A stretch of DNA of 41,185 nt from Bacteroidales bacterium. GTDB taxonomy: Bacteria; Bacteroidota; Bacteroidia; Bacteroidales; UBA7960. How positions within the stretch are numbered: position 1 is the stretch's first letter; the number at the start of each line of letters is the position of its first letter. Made by a program: the position numbers and the translations under genes. Shown one piece after another: positions 1-11,075 of this stretch. The stretch covers positions 1 to 41,185 of the forward strand of contig SKSI01000099.1 of assembly GCA_007123065.1 (NCBI GenBank), written 5' to 3'. The notes beneath the pieces are model-generated. The model saw only the letters and a program-made list of their open reading frames with translations. It was not told where the DNA came from and made no database searches.

Positions 1-134
1 ATTCTTGTTCGTCAACAGCCTGGTCAGGTTGCTTGTCCGGGACAGATTCTTGTTCGTCAACAGCCTGGTCAGGTTGCTTGTCCGGGACAGATTCTTGTTC
101 GTCAACAGCCTGGTCAGGTTGCTTGTCCGGGACA
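1..134. repeat. 45-bp in-frame tandem repeat, about 3 copies visible (15-aa unit SVPDKQPDQAVDEQE)
   Basis: attcttgttcgtcaacagcctggtcaggttgcttgtccgggacag at 1-45 and 46-90, and at 91-134 lacking the last base; no spacers. Confidence 0.95.
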
Positions 135-340
135 TCTGCGTCATCCAGAGGTTCCATGGAGGCTTGTGCATCCTTTGGTTTTAATCCATCGGAATCATTT
201 TTCTCCGGATCAGTCAGATCAGCAGCAGTTTTTTCTTCGATGTCATTCTTTAGTTCAGCCCTCTCTTCGGCCGTGTGTTTATCCTCTGAAGCATTTTTTT
301 CATTTTCTGCCTGAGGATTCAGTTCTTCTTTTTTTTCCAT
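1..340 (-). CDS. N-terminal part of an acidic, low-complexity protein that runs off the window edge (possibly DUF349-like)
   Basis: ATG at 340 opens MEKKEELNPQAENEKNASEDKHTAEERAELKNDIEEK...VPDKQPDQAVDEQES repeats with no stop before position 1. Missing from the ORF track because it is truncated. A TATTTTTG promoter element lies upstream at 477-484 on the - strand. The family call is a guess from composition only. Confidence 0.75.
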   Translation of the reverse strand, partial: MEKKEELNPQAENEKNASEDKHTAEERAELKNDIEEKTAADLTDPEKNDSDGLKPKDAQASMEPLDDADVPDKQPDQAVDEQESVPDKQPDQAVDEQESVPDKQPDQAVDEQE

Positions 341-536
341 TGGAAAACAGTTTCTGATTACTAATTAAAGTTGTTAGGCGATCTGCGTAAAAATACACTC
401 ATTTGATTAAGTGTGATTGCCAAAATAGTTCGGCATGATCCTTATATTTTCAATTCCTATTGATTTCGAAACGCTGCAAAAATAGGAATATTTTTCAGCC
501 TGCAATATAAAATCCCGACAAGAAAAGCAGAATAAA

Positions 537-1718
537 TTAAACCTTGTCGAAAGCCTGTTCCAGGTCGCTTAAAATATCCTCTACATCTTCAATACCGACT
601 GACAAGCGAACCAGCCCGTCAGTTATACCTGAACGCTCACGTGCCTGCTGGTTTATCTTTGAGTGCGTCATAGAGGCCGGATGCTGGATCAGGGTTTCCA
701 CACCCCCCAGAGAAACAGCCAAAATACAAAGATTAACGCTGTTCATCAAAGTTTTACCGGCTGATATTCCCCCTTTCATTTCAAAACTGATCATGGCACC
801 GGGGCCTTTCATCTGCCTTTTGGCCAATTTATATTTTGGATGGGAGGGCAAACCGGGGTATTTTACCCAGGCTACCTTGGGGTGATTTTCCAGGTAGTGT
901 GCAATTTTCATCGCATTTTCCTGTGACCTTTCCATTCGCAAAGACAAAGTCTTTAACCCCCTGATAACCATATATGCCTGATGGGGGTCCATATTGCAAC
1001 CCAGGTTTACCATCATCGGTCGCAGGATATCGTACATCTCTTTTTCCCTGGTAACAATAATTCCGCCAACGATATCTGCATGTCCGTTCAGAAACTTCGT
1101 AATGGAATGAAAAACAATATCAAAACCATAATCAAGCGGTTTTTGCAGGTAAGGACTGCAAAATGTATTATCAGCCACAGTGATTAGTTGGTGCTCGCGG
1201 GCGATCTTAACGACCTCCTCAAGATCTGATATATCCATTGTTGGATTCGCTGGTGTTTCGATAAACAACATCCGGGTGTTCGGACGAATTGCTTCCCGGA
1301 TTTTTGCAGGATCTCCGGTATCAATATAAGATGATTCAATCCCGTACTTGCTGTAATGTTTCTCCATAATTACCCTTGAAGGGCCATAAACAGCAGCTGT
1401 GCTGATCATATGGTCGCCCTGCTCGAGCAATGCACTGTAAATGGTATTAACAGCACCCATACCGGAACTCACCGCAATTCCTTTATATCCGTCCTCCAGA
1501 GATGCCACAAGTTGCTCAAGAGAGTTGATGGTCGGGTTGTTGATGCGCGTATAAATGTAACCATCCGATTCGCCTGCAAAACAAGCAGCACCATGATCTG
1601 CATTCTTAAACTTGAAAGTGCTGGTCTGGTATATTGGCACGGTTGCGCTACCAAACTGATCATCAATCATTCCCGCATGGATGAGCCGGGAATTGAATCC
1701 TATTTTTTTTGAATCCAT
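537..1718 (-). CDS. Cys/Met metabolism PLP-dependent lyase (methionine gamma-lyase-like)
   Basis: Motifs PIYQTSTF, YIYTR..NPT, ETPANP, DNTF, HSITKFLNGH (PLP Lys), AVSLGG and RLSVGIED. Confidence 0.9.
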   Translation of the reverse strand: MDSKKIGFNSRLIHAGMIDDQFGSATVPIYQTSTFKFKNADHGAACFAGESDGYIYTRINNPTINSLEQLVASLEDGYKGIAVSSGMGAVNTIYSALLEQGDHMISTAAVYGPSRVIMEKHYSKYGIESSYIDTGDPAKIREAIRPNTRMLFIETPANPTMDISDLEEVVKIAREHQLITVADNTFCSPYLQKPLDYGFDIVFHSITKFLNGHADIVGGIIVTREKEMYDILRPMMVNLGCNMDPHQAYMVIRGLKTLSLRMERSQENAMKIAHYLENHPKVAWVKYPGLPSHPKYKLAKRQMKGPGAMISFEMKGGISAGKTLMNSVNLCILAVSLGGVETLIQHPASMTHSKINQQARERSGITDGLVRLSVGIEDVEDILSDLEQAFDKV

Positions 1719-1767
1719 AAGTAATGTAATTAATATAAGTGAAATAAACGATTAACTCTGAAAATGA

Positions 1768-2124
1768 TCAATAACTGTCCGAAGCAAGCATAACCAGCGT
1801 GCAGTCTCTGATGCACTCAATTCCTGCCGCTTCAGCTTTGCTAATTAAAATTTCGTTGTATGTACCCGGATTGAATACAATCCTTTCAGGCTTCAGCGAG
1901 ACAATGTAGTCGATATATGAAGATTGATTCTGAGGCCCGACATATAGCGTAACTGTATGCAGATCCTCAATCCAGGGCTTATCTGTTATGACCTGCACAT
2001 CCTCAATTACAGTTTCTCTTTTACCGATCGCCACAACTTCAATTCCGGATTCACGAAGGGCTTTTACAGCCTTAAATGAATACCTCAAAGGGTTAGGGCT
2101 TGCTCCAATAACCAGTGTTTTCAT
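1768..2124 (-). CDS. CoA-binding protein (YccU-like)
   Basis: TLVIGASPNP.RYS, TVTLYVGP, VFNPGT and CTLVML. Confidence 0.85.
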   Translation of the reverse strand: MKTLVIGASPNPLRYSFKAVKALRESGIEVVAIGKRETVIEDVQVITDKPWIEDLHTVTLYVGPQNQSSYIDYIVSLKPERIVFNPGTYNEILISKAEAAGIECIRDCTLVMLASDSY

Positions 2125-2138
2125 AGAATCAAAATAAT

Positions 2139-2534
2139 CTAAACAATTTTTACAGAAAACTCGGGTGCATTTGAGATGTGTTTCTTAACAGCACAGGCCT
2201 CTGCGGCTTTGATGACACTTTTTTTGTATTGATCCGGAAAATCAGGTGGAAGAAATATTCTGATCTCGATCTCCCCAATCATTCTGGTTGCTTCATCAAC
2301 GTGCATCAATTGTTCGAGAAAAATGCCATCGGTTGGAATCTTTCTTTGCTGGCAGAACGATTGCACGTAATATCCGGCGCAGGTACCTACTGACGCAAGG
2401 AACAAGTCAAATGGCGATGGGGCACTGTTATCCCCTCCCACTTTTTCCGGTTGATCGGTTTGTATTACAAAGTCTTTGTAATGCGCTTCAACCAAATGCT
2501 TTCCTCCTAAAACAATCCTCATATTTCTCATCAT
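2139..2534 (-). CDS. OsmC family protein
   Basis: TDQP...GGDNSAPSPFDLFLASVGTCAG plus a second Cys in ACAVKK. Confidence 0.85.
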   Translation of the reverse strand: MMRNMRIVLGGKHLVEAHYKDFVIQTDQPEKVGGDNSAPSPFDLFLASVGTCAGYYVQSFCQQRKIPTDGIFLEQLMHVDEATRMIGEIEIRIFLPPDFPDQYKKSVIKAAEACAVKKHISNAPEFSVKIV

Positions 2535-2587
2535 CAGTATATTAAATAAATTATGCTAAACAAATACTTTAAACCGGTTAAAGCTTC

Positions 2588-2995
2588 TTACTTATGATAT
2601 GCTATCAATCTATCAAGAAACCATTGCGGTGCAGGACAAGGCCTGCCGGTTTCCTTGCTAAGAAAGGCAAGCACGGTATAACCTTTATTAAGAAGCTTTC
2701 CTGCAGCATTGTAAACTTCGTAGTCGAAATGCATTCGCGCACCGGGCAAATCAGGGACTGTTGTTTTTATTGTAAGTAGGTCGTCATAGCGTGCGGGGCG
2801 GATATATTTCAGATGCATCTCTGCAATAGGCATCACAATACCTGTTTCCTCCATATCCTTGTAGCTGGTTCCAAGTTCCCGCATTGCTTCTGCCCTGCCA
2901 ACTTCGTAATACTGCGGATAGTTGCCATAATAAACAAATCCCATCTGATCGGTTTCTGCGTATCTGACACGCAGCTGCGTTGAAAAAGTCATCAT
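2588..2995 (-). CDS. Acyl-CoA thioesterase, YbgC/FadM hot-dog family
   Basis: RVRYAETDQMGFVYYGNY and PARYDD. Confidence 0.9.
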   Translation of the reverse strand: MMTFSTQLRVRYAETDQMGFVYYGNYPQYYEVGRAEAMRELGTSYKDMEETGIVMPIAEMHLKYIRPARYDDLLTIKTTVPDLPGARMHFDYEVYNAAGKLLNKGYTVLAFLSKETGRPCPAPQWFLDRLIAYHK

Positions 2996-3015
2996 TTTCT
3001 TATCGAATTAACAAA

Positions 3016-6000
3016 TCAGCCGGATTTACCGTGGCATTGTTTGAATTTTTTTCCACTCCCGCAAGGACAAGGCTCGTTGCGGCCAACCTTTTTCTCAACA
3101 CGCACAGGCTGTGCTTTTTGCTGGCTACCGCCACGGCCGGGAATATCGCTGCGACCGGTCTGCATCTTGCTCATATCAGTTCGTTCACGTTGCGTACCAC
3201 GTTCAATTTGATCCGGATCCCTCACAGGCAGGTGGGCTTTGCCCAGGAAGGAGATGATATCCTTGTTTACCTTCTGTAGCATCCGCTTGAACAATTCAAA
3301 CGATTCGAACTTATAAATCAGCAGTGGGTCTTTTTGTTCGTAGGCGGCACCCTGAACAGATTGCTTCAAGTCATCCATTTCCCTGAGATGGTCTTTCCAG
3401 GCATTATCAATATTTCCAAGCGTAATTCCTTTTTCTACCGATAATGAGACTTCGCGTCCTTCACTCTCGTACGCTTTTTTTAAATTGGCGATCACGCTGA
3501 GGGTTTTCATCCCATCTGTAATCGGAATGGCAATATTTTCATATTTCTGGGATGCCCGCTCATATACTTCCCTGATAACGGGAAAAGCGATACGGGCCAT
3601 CTCACCATTTTTTCGTTTATAGGTATCAATCGCTTTCTCATAAAGCGTTTCATTAAGCTTTTCTGTTTTTCCTTCCAGGAAGGTTTGCTGATCGAAAGGG
3701 GGTTCAATACCGAAAGTGCGGAGCAGTTCGAATGTAAAACCATCATAATCGCCTGTTTCCTGGTAGCTAAAGATCAGTTGTTCACAAGTATCATAGATCA
3801 TATTGGCGATATCGACGGCCAGACGCTCGCCAAATAGCGCATTGCGACGCTTTCTGTAAATTACCTCGCGCTGTGCATTCATCACATCATCATATTCCAG
3901 GAGGCGCTTACGAATACCAAAATTATTCTCTTCAACCTTTTTCTGCGCCCTTTCAATAGATTTTGTAATCATGGAATGCTGGATCACCTCTCCCTCTTTA
4001 AGGCCCATCCTGTCCATCAGCGACGATATCCTTCCTGAGCCGAATACACGCATCAGGTCATCTTCGAGTGACACAAAGAATTGCGAAGAACCCGGGTCTC
4101 CCTGTCGTCCGGCACGACCTCTGAGCTGTCGGTCAACACGCCTCGATTCGTGACGTTCGGTGCCCAGAATGGCCAACCCTCCGGCCTCACGCACACCGGG
4201 ACCCAGCTTGATGTCGGTACCACGACCGGCCATGTTTGTAGCAATCGTAACCATTCCAGGCTGACCAGCCTCTTTCACAACCTGTGCTTCTTTCTGGTGA
4301 TGCTTGGCATTCAATATATTATGAGCTACTGAGCGCAACTTTAGCATTCGACTGAGCAATTCTGACGTCTCAACGGATGTCGTACCTACCAATACCGGTC
4401 GACCGGCTTTCACCAATTCAGAAATCTCGTCAATCACTGCATTGTACTTCTCCCTTTTGGTTTTGTAGATCAGGTCCTCCATATCCTTTCGGACAATCGG
4501 CCTGTGTGTCGGGATTACCACAACATCAAGCTTATAGATGTTCCATAACTCACCCGCCTCTGTCTCAGCGGTTCCCGTCATACCGGCAAGTTTCCGGTAC
4601 ATCCGGAAGTAGTTCTGTAGTGTGATGGTTGCATAAGTCTGGGTTGCCGCTTCAATCCGGACATTCTCCTTAGCCTCTATCGCCTGGTGGAGTCCGTCGG
4701 AATACCTGCGCCCTTCCATAATCCTGCCCGTTTGCTCATCAACAATCTTGACCTTATTGTCCATGATCACGTATTCAGTATCCTTCTCAAACAAGGTATA
4801 TGCCTTCAGCAACTGGTTGATGGTATGAACGCGCTCGCTCTTGACCGAAAAATCATTCAAAAGCAGATTCTTCTTTTCAAGCTTCTCTTCAGTGGGTAGT
4901 TCAGACTTTTCAAGCTCCGCCATTTCGGATCCCATATCAGGCAAAATGAAGAAATTTGGATCATCTGTCTGGCCGGTGATCAGATCAATCCCTTTCTCCG
5001 TTAACTCTAATGAGTTGTTTTTCTCTTCAATAACAAAAAAGAGCACGTCATCAATGATGTGCATATGCTTGCTCTGTTCCTGCATATAAAAGTTTTCTGT
5101 CTTTTGCAGAATTGTTTTCATACCCGGTTCTGACAAAAACTTGATGAGTGCCTTATTCTTCGGAAGACCACGGTGACATCTGAGCAGAAGCTCTCCGCCT
5201 TTTTTTTCATCGGGCTCCCCTTCTTTGGGTAATAACAGTTTACGTGCCTCAGCAAGCAGATTGGTAACAAGTGTTTTTTGAGCCCCATACAATTTCTCCA
5301 CCTTAGGTTTCATCTCCTGAAACTCGTGCTTCTCTCCACGCGGTGTTGGTCCGGATATGATCAGCGGGGTTCGTGCATCATCGATTAATACGGAATCAAC
5401 CTCATCGACGATCGAATAGTTCAGCTTACGTTGTACAAGCTCTTCAGGGTTGCGAGACATATTGTCGCGCAGGTAATCAAAACCAAACTCGTTATTGGTA
5501 CCGTATGTAATGTCAGCAAGGTAGGCACGTCTTCTTTCCTCAGAATGGGGCTGATGCTTGTCAATACAGTCGACCCTTAAACCGTGAAATTCAAAAAGCA
5601 TTCCCATCCATTCGCTATCCCTCTTAGCCAGATAATCATTCACGGTAATGATATGAACACCTTTACCCGGTAGGGCATTCAGGTAAATCGGCAAGGTCGC
5701 GACAAGGGTTTTACCCTCCCCGGTTGCCATCTCGGCAATCTTGCCTTTATGCAAATGGATACCGCCAATCAGCTGCACATCGTAATGAACCATATCCCAG
5801 GTGATCATATTCCCCCCGGCCATCCATTGATTTTTATAATATGCCTGAGAGCCTTTTATTTCAATGCTGGGATGAACGGCAGCAAGCTCACGGTCATGAT
5901 CTGTGGCCGTAACAATCACAAATTCATCGTCATTGAATCGCCTGGCCGTCTCCTTTACCACTGAAAAAGCCTCAGGTATCAGCTCATAAAGGATGGCCTC

Positions 6001-6300
6001 TGTTTTTTCATTCTGTTTGTCATCCAGACGATCTATCTGAGCGTAAATCTTTTCCTTCTCTTCAACATCCAGACTGTAGTTGGTATCCAGATACTCCTTC
6101 AGTGTATCAATCTGTTTCTGCTCTTCATCAACGTTTTCTGCAATGCGTTTTTTAAGCTCGGCTGTTCTGGCCCTGAGCTGATCGTTGTCAAGCTTCTTAA
6201 TCTCTTCATAAACCAGAAGAGTTTGTTCATACACATCCTTGATTTCACGATAATCCCGGTCGGCTTTACTTCCGAATATTTTCTTAATGATATTAAGCAT
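3016..6300 (-). CDS. secA: Preprotein translocase ATPase SecA
   Basis: [42 protein letters not shown] and a C-terminal SEC-C motif [19 protein letters not shown]. Confidence 0.99.
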   Translation of the reverse strand: MLNIIKKIFGSKADRDYREIKDVYEQTLLVYEEIKKLDNDQLRARTAELKKRIAENVDEEQKQIDTLKEYLDTNYSLDVEEKEKIYAQIDRLDDKQNEKTEAILYELIPEAFSVVKETARRFNDDEFVIVTATDHDRELAAVHPSIEIKGSQAYYKNQWMAGGNMITWDMVHYDVQLIGGIHLHKGKIAEMATGEGKTLVATLPIYLNALPGKGVHIITVNDYLAKRDSEWMGMLFEFHGLRVDCIDKHQPHSEERRRAYLADITYGTNNEFGFDYLRDNMSRNPEELVQRKLNYSIVDEVDSVLIDDARTPLIISGPTPRGEKHEFQEMKPKVEKLYGAQKTLVTNLLAEARKLLLPKEGEPDEKKGGELLLRCHRGLPKNKALIKFLSEPGMKTILQKTENFYMQEQSKHMHIIDDVLFFVIEEKNNSLELTEKGIDLITGQTDDPNFFILPDMGSEMAELEKSELPTEEKLEKKNLLLNDFSVKSERVHTINQLLKAYTLFEKDTEYVIMDNKVKIVDEQTGRIMEGRRYSDGLHQAIEAKENVRIEAATQTYATITLQNYFRMYRKLAGMTGTAETEAGELWNIYKLDVVVIPTHRPIVRKDMEDLIYKTKREKYNAVIDEISELVKAGRPVLVGTTSVETSELLSRMLKLRSVAHNILNAKHHQKEAQVVKEAGQPGMVTIATNMAGRGTDIKLGPGVREAGGLAILGTERHESRRVDRQLRGRAGRQGDPGSSQFFVSLEDDLMRVFGSGRISSLMDRMGLKEGEVIQHSMITKSIERAQKKVEENNFGIRKRLLEYDDVMNAQREVIYRKRRNALFGERLAVDIANMIYDTCEQLIFSYQETGDYDGFTFELLRTFGIEPPFDQQTFLEGKTEKLNETLYEKAIDTYKRKNGEMARIAFPVIREVYERASQKYENIAIPITDGMKTLSVIANLKKAYESEGREVSLSVEKGITLGNIDNAWKDHLREMDDLKQSVQGAAYEQKDPLLIYKFESFELFKRMLQKVNKDIISFLGKAHLPVRDPDQIERGTQRERTDMSKMQTGRSDIPGRGGSQQKAQPVRVEKKVGRNEPCPCGSGKKFKQCHGKSG

Positions 6301-6325
6301 ATACCTTCTTTTTTTTTAAGCGTAG

Positions 6326-6333
6326 CAAAGTTA
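6326..6333 (-). promoter_or_regulatory. Bacteroidetes sigma70 -7 element (TAACTTTG) of secA
   Basis: Matches TAnnTTTG, 26 bp upstream of the secA ATG. Confidence 0.6.
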
Positions 6334-6391
6334 AACAAATATGCCGACAAAGCCCGGCTAGCAAACCTTAATTTATCAGGCCCGCAAGGAT

Positions 6392-6414
6392 AAAAAAACC
6401 GGCCATGGCCGGTT
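6392..6414 (-). terminator. Rho-independent terminator of the DUF2795 gene
   Basis: Perfect inverted repeat AACCGGCC-AT-GGCCGGTT, followed by a T-run on the - strand. Confidence 0.7.
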
Positions 6415-6449
6415 ATATGGGTTCTTAATCAAGAAAGAAAAGGAAGTGG

Positions 6450-6671
6450 TCAATACTCATCTTCGTGAAAAAAGAAATCATCTTTAGTGGGATAATCGGG
6501 CCAGATGTCTTCGATACTTTCGTAAACGTCGCCTTCATCTTCAATCTCCTGAAGATTTTCAATCACCTCCATGGGTGCACCCGAACGAAGGGCATAATCG
6601 ATCAACTCTTCTTTAGTTGCCGGCCAGGGTGCATCTTCCAGTTTTGAAGCAAGTTCGAGTGTCCAGTACAT
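6450..6671 (-). CDS. DUF2795 domain small protein
   Basis: MYWTLELASKLEDAPWPATKEELIDYA.RSGAP.EV.ENL is the conserved Bacteroidetes form. Start moved to ATG 6671 because a TACTTTTG promoter element (6699-6706) overlaps the longer ORF start. Confidence 0.9.
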   Translation of the reverse strand: MYWTLELASKLEDAPWPATKEELIDYALRSGAPMEVIENLQEIEDEGDVYESIEDIWPDYPTKDDFFFHEDEY

Positions 6672-6864
6672 AAATAGTTGTATTGGTTTGATTTTTTGCA
6701 AAAGTATGTTTTTTTATAAATAAACCAACATTTAATTCTCATTTTGGCTTGAAGAATCGTTAAAAAATCGCAAAAGCCTTATTTTTCTTATATTTGCCAT
6801 GCAATAAGACCATCCGGAAAAAACGTTTTATACCAAAATTTATGTGCGTGGATGGGTATGCAAC

Positions 6865-7305
6865 ATGGACGTGATGGAAATTAAAAATAAAAAAGCTGCA
6901 TTCGAGTATTATCTCCTTGACGCCTTTACAGCGGGGATTGTGCTTACCGGAACCGAGATCAAATCGATCCGTTCCGGGAAAGCCAGCCTGAAAGAATCCT
7001 ATTGCGCTTTTCAGGAAGAGGAGCTTTTTGTGCGCAATATGCATATTTCCACTTATGATTATGGAACTTACAACAACCACGAGCCCAAAAGGGAGCGAAA
7101 ACTGCTACTTCAGGCCAGGGAATTGCGCAAATTAAAAACGAAGCTTGAAGAAAAGGGGTTTACACTTGTTCCAACCCGTCTTTTCATTAATGAAAAAGGA
7201 CTTGCAAAGCTGGAAATATCGCTGGCGAAAGGGAAAAAGCTTTACGACAAACGTGATACCATCAAGAAAAAAGACCAGCAACGGGACTTGGATCGTGAAC
7301 AATAA
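6865..7305 (+). CDS. smpB: SsrA-binding protein SmpB
   Basis: [26 protein letters not shown] and [13 protein letters not shown] 6865 preferred over GTG 6844. TATATTTG element at 6789-6796. Confidence 0.97.
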   Translation: MDVMEIKNKKAAFEYYLLDAFTAGIVLTGTEIKSIRSGKASLKESYCAFQEEELFVRNMHISTYDYGTYNNHEPKRERKLLLQARELRKLKTKLEEKGFTLVPTRLFINEKGLAKLEISLAKGKKLYDKRDTIKKKDQQRDLDREQ

Positions 7306-7409
7306 GTGGATAATTGCATTTTATCAAAAAAACAACAATCGATCCAATTTGTTACCTTTGCAGAGATAGAAAACAACGTTTATAAATAATCGAATACAAG
7401 GAAATTATA

Positions 7410-9017
7410 ATGAAGATGCTTGACCAAATAACCAACCGGATTTTACTTGGAATAACAATTTTTCTTCTGCTTGCTTTAAGCTCGGTAGCCCAGGTGCGGC
7501 AGGAACAGATGGAGAAATTACAACGGGCCATTCAGTTTATTGAATATGCCTATATCGAAGATCTTAACGATGAAGACCTTGTGGAGCAAGCCATACGTGG
7601 CATATTGAGAGAACTGGATCCACACAGCGCTTACCTGTCTGCAGACGAATTACGCAGGGCAAACGAACCGCTGGAAGGCAGTTTCGAAGGGATCGGCATA
7701 CAGTTTAACATTATCAACGACACCATCGTTGTGGTAAGTCCCATACCGGGAGGTCCATCCGAAAAAGTTGGCTTGATGCCGGGCGACAAGATCGTTGAAA
7801 TTGATGGAGAAACAAGCTATGGCAGTAAGATAAACAACCAATATGTCCAGGAGAAACTAAGAGGTGAACGTGGCTCACAAGTGGATATAGCCATTCATCG
7901 GATTGGAACCGAAAGCCTGCTGGATTTCACCATCACACGCGACCGCATACCGATTCATTCATTGGACGCCGCCTTTATGGCAACCCCCGAAATTGGATAC
8001 ATCAAGCTAAATCGCTTCGCCAGAACAACCATGCGAGAATATCGTGAAGCCACAAGAAAACTTCAGGAACAGGGAATGAAACACCTTATCCTGGACCTGA
8101 ACTACAATTCTGGCGGATACCTGGATGTAGCCATTGATCTGGCCGATCAGTTTCTTGAACGCGACCAGCTGATCGTATATACCGAAGGACATACTTCTCC
8201 CCGTCAGGATTTCAGAAGCTCATTCAGAGGTAACTTTAAAAACGGTAAACTCGTAATCCTGGTAAACGAAGGGAGCGCGTCAGCCAGTGAGATCGTTTCC
8301 GGCGCTATTCAGGACTGGGACCGCGGTTTACTCGTCGGAAGAAGAACTTTTGGTAAAGGTCTGGTGCAACGGCCGTTTGAACTTCCCGACGGTTCAGCCA
8401 TAAGGCTCACAACTGCACAATACCTTACGCCAACAGGCAGAAGTATTCAAAAGCCATATGATGAGGGTATTGACAAGTATTATGAAGACCTTAGAAACCG
8501 GCTATCATCCGGCGAACTGGTGAGTCCCGAAAACATCACCTTCCCCGATTCACTGAAATTCTATACCAAAAATAATCAAAGAGCTGTGTTTGGCGGCGGT
8601 GGCATTATGCCAGATTTCTTTATACCACTTGACACCACGAGAGTTTCTGACTTCTATTCCCGTCTGATGCGCAGAGGGATCATGAACCATTTCAGTATTG
8701 AATATACCAACAGAAACCGTCAGCAACTTTCTGAACTTTATCCTGATGTCGAAACCTACATCCAGGACTTTGTTGTTGGTGAGGACTTACTGAATGAGTT
8801 GTTTGAATACGCTGAAGCCAATAACCTGGTAAGTGATGAAGACGGGTCGGAGCAGGAAATGACCTTTCTGGAAAATCAGCTTAAAGGGATCATCGCCCGC
8901 AATCTTTTTGATTTCGCAGCCTATACACAAGTTGTTATGCAATCCGATGATGCTTTCCAAAAAGCAATTTATCTCATTGAAAACAATACTTTTGATGCAA
9001 TGAATATCCGGTATTGA
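7410..9017 (+). CDS. ctpA: S41 family carboxyl-terminal processing peptidase (PDZ + S41)
   Basis: Signal peptide, LDPHS.Y, GIGI, ASASEIVSGAIQD and TFGKGLVQ; TACCTTTG promoter element at 7353-7360. Confidence 0.93.
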   Translation: MKMLDQITNRILLGITIFLLLALSSVAQVRQEQMEKLQRAIQFIEYAYIEDLNDEDLVEQAIRGILRELDPHSAYLSADELRRANEPLEGSFEGIGIQFNIINDTIVVVSPIPGGPSEKVGLMPGDKIVEIDGETSYGSKINNQYVQEKLRGERGSQVDIAIHRIGTESLLDFTITRDRIPIHSLDAAFMATPEIGYIKLNRFARTTMREYREATRKLQEQGMKHLILDLNYNSGGYLDVAIDLADQFLERDQLIVYTEGHTSPRQDFRSSFRGNFKNGKLVILVNEGSASASEIVSGAIQDWDRGLLVGRRTFGKGLVQRPFELPDGSAIRLTTAQYLTPTGRSIQKPYDEGIDKYYEDLRNRLSSGELVSPENITFPDSLKFYTKNNQRAVFGGGGIMPDFFIPLDTTRVSDFYSRLMRRGIMNHFSIEYTNRNRQQLSELYPDVETYIQDFVVGEDLLNELFEYAEANNLVSDEDGSEQEMTFLENQLKGIIARNLFDFAAYTQVVMQSDDAFQKAIYLIENNTFDAMNIRY

Positions 9018-9889
9018 TGCAAACCCTGCTCTCATTAAACGGAAATATCCTGAACCGGGAAGATTTTACCATTTCGCCCGCTAACAGAGCTTTTCGTTAT
9101 GGAGATGGCGTTTTTGAAACAATACGCGTGAGCAGCGGTTGCGTATTATGGGCTGAACACCATTTTGCAAGACTTTCTCATGCATCTGATATCTTACAGT
9201 TTATTCCGGACCAAAAATGGTCTCAGCAATTGCTGACAGACCACGTGTTACAACTCTGTAAGGCAAATAGGCACTCCGATGGAGATGCAAGGGTCAGATT
9301 ATCCATGTATCGGAACGAGGGCGGATACTATACACCACTTACAAATAAAGCCTCTGTTCTGATTGAATCGGAAGCGCTGGATCAAACCCATTTTTCTTTG
9401 AATACGAAAGGGATATCTGTTGATATCTTTTCTGAAATTCCTAAAGCATACAACACCCTTTCCGCACTAAAAAGCACAAACGCTCAAATCTATGTTCTGG
9501 CAGGTATCCATAAACGAAACAAAGGGATTGGAGATGCAATCCTTTTGAACCAGGAAGGAAGGATAGCTGAAGCCACTGCATCAAACTTATTTGTTGTTCA
9601 AAACGACAAGCTGATAACACCATCTCTTTCTGAAGCTTGCGTAGACGGTGTGATGAGAAAAATAATCATTCAACTCGCGCGTGAAAATGGATTTGCTGTA
9701 AAAGAAACATCAGTTACCACAGACCGGTTGCTGCTGGCAGATGAATTGTTGCTGACAAATGCCATTCAAGGCATCAGATGGGTCAGAAGCTTCAGAGAAA
9801 AACGATTTGGCAATCGCCTTGGAAACAAACTAACCGGCCTGCTGAACGATTATGCAGCAGAATACATAAGAAAAAAGACAGCCCGCTGA
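9017..9889 (+). CDS. Class IV PLP aminotransferase (aminodeoxychorismate lyase/BCAT-like)
   Basis: NRAFRYGDGVFET, LKS (PLP Lys), AEATASNLF, GVMR and TNAIQG; start overlaps the ctpA stop. Confidence 0.88.
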   Translation: MQTLLSLNGNILNREDFTISPANRAFRYGDGVFETIRVSSGCVLWAEHHFARLSHASDILQFIPDQKWSQQLLTDHVLQLCKANRHSDGDARVRLSMYRNEGGYYTPLTNKASVLIESEALDQTHFSLNTKGISVDIFSEIPKAYNTLSALKSTNAQIYVLAGIHKRNKGIGDAILLNQEGRIAEATASNLFVVQNDKLITPSLSEACVDGVMRKIIIQLARENGFAVKETSVTTDRLLLADELLLTNAIQGIRWVRSFREKRFGNRLGNKLTGLLNDYAAEYIRKKTAR

Positions 9890-9943
9890 ACGGATGCAAA
9901 GTCTATTTTCGTAACTTAGCCTGAGTTCCGACAAAATCTTATT

Positions 9944-11071
9944 ATGATGATCCGATTGAAACTGTTGCCTGCACTGCTGATTTTCCCGGTATTATTGTGT
10001 GCCCAGATCACTGATCGGGATATGAGACAATCTCGCAATGCCTTTGCTGAAGGGATACGAAAAGGAGTTAATAACGACTTCGCTGATGCCCACGAACTGT
10101 TTAACAAAGCCATCCGGCTGGACTCTTTGTATAGTGAGGCCTATCTTTACAGAGGTCTTGCCCGGATCGAACTGGAACTTTTTGAGGCTGCCATTGATGA
10201 CTTCAGACAACTCATTCATCTGGAACATGATCTGGCATACCAGGCCATTTATTTTAGCGGCGTCGCACTGCTTGCATTGGATCGCTATCAGGAGGCACTC
10301 ATCCGTTTCAATGAAGCAGCAAGGCTCGATCCGGGTTTTTCATCATTCTTTCACCGGGGCAAAGCTTTCTTCTACCTGGAAAGATATGATGAAGCCTTGC
10401 AAGACTTTAATGTAAGTGACCGGCTGAATCCAGGTTATCCTGAAGTGCATTATTACCGGGGAAAAACTTACGCCAAAAAGGGACAACATGACAAAGCACT
10501 TGAAAACCTCCTGGATGCGAAACAAAGCTTTACCGGAAATCCTGAGTTTCATTATTTTCTTGGATCCGTACTTCAAAAAATGAATCGTACCGATGAAGCC
10601 GCCGGGCATCTGCAGATTGCTGAAGAAGCGTTTGGTAAATCAACATATCCGATAATTTCAAACCGGGATGACATCACAGGTGTAAATGATATCTTAACAC
10701 CCGAAGATGATTCAGCTACTGATGATATCGATCTCCCCATTGAACGCACTGCTGAGGAAAAGCCTGTTAAACCCGATATTGATGATTTAACTGAAGGTAT
10801 ATATGATACGGATCTTCAGGCTGTCTCGCTGCGCGGCCTGGGAGTGCAAATGGCATCTTATGCAGGCACTCACGAGCTTCTTGAGCATGCTGCAAGGTAT
10901 CAAAGGCAGTTCGGGCATCCTGCATTCATTGAAGTGGTTAAAATCAACAACAGGATCAGGTACCGACTTATCCTGGGGGTCTTTGAATCAAGGGATGAAG
11001 CTTTGATTTTGCGCGGAAGATTGAGAGACCAGGGCTTCCTCGACAGTTTCATTATCAGGTATTCCCAATAA
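9944..11071 (+). CDS. Exported TPR-repeat protein with a C-terminal SPOR domain
   Basis: Signal peptide, repeated AYxxRG/HYYRG TPR units, acidic linker, and GVQMASY...YRLILGVF.SRDEA SPOR-like end. Confidence 0.82.
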   Translation: MMIRLKLLPALLIFPVLLCAQITDRDMRQSRNAFAEGIRKGVNNDFADAHELFNKAIRLDSLYSEAYLYRGLARIELELFEAAIDDFRQLIHLEHDLAYQAIYFSGVALLALDRYQEALIRFNEAARLDPGFSSFFHRGKAFFYLERYDEALQDFNVSDRLNPGYPEVHYYRGKTYAKKGQHDKALENLLDAKQSFTGNPEFHYFLGSVLQKMNRTDEAAGHLQIAEEAFGKSTYPIISNRDDITGVNDILTPEDDSATDDIDLPIERTAEEKPVKPDIDDLTEGIYDTDLQAVSLRGLGVQMASYAGTHELLEHAARYQRQFGHPAFIEVVKINNRIRYRLILGVFESRDEALILRGRLRDQGFLDSFIIRYSQ

Positions 11072-11075
11072 AAAA

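Noticed and set aside
1-134. Repeat array as a possible CRISPR
   Set aside because: Copies are directly adjacent without spacers, the unit is a multiple of 3 within an ORF, and there are no cas genes.
33-357. Plus-strand ORFs 33..314 and 166..357
   Set aside because: Antisense shadows of the acidic minus-strand gene starting at 340.
6702-6864. Possible tmRNA or other ncRNA next to smpB
   Set aside because: The region is short, is explained by two divergent promoter elements, and has no tRNA-like ends.
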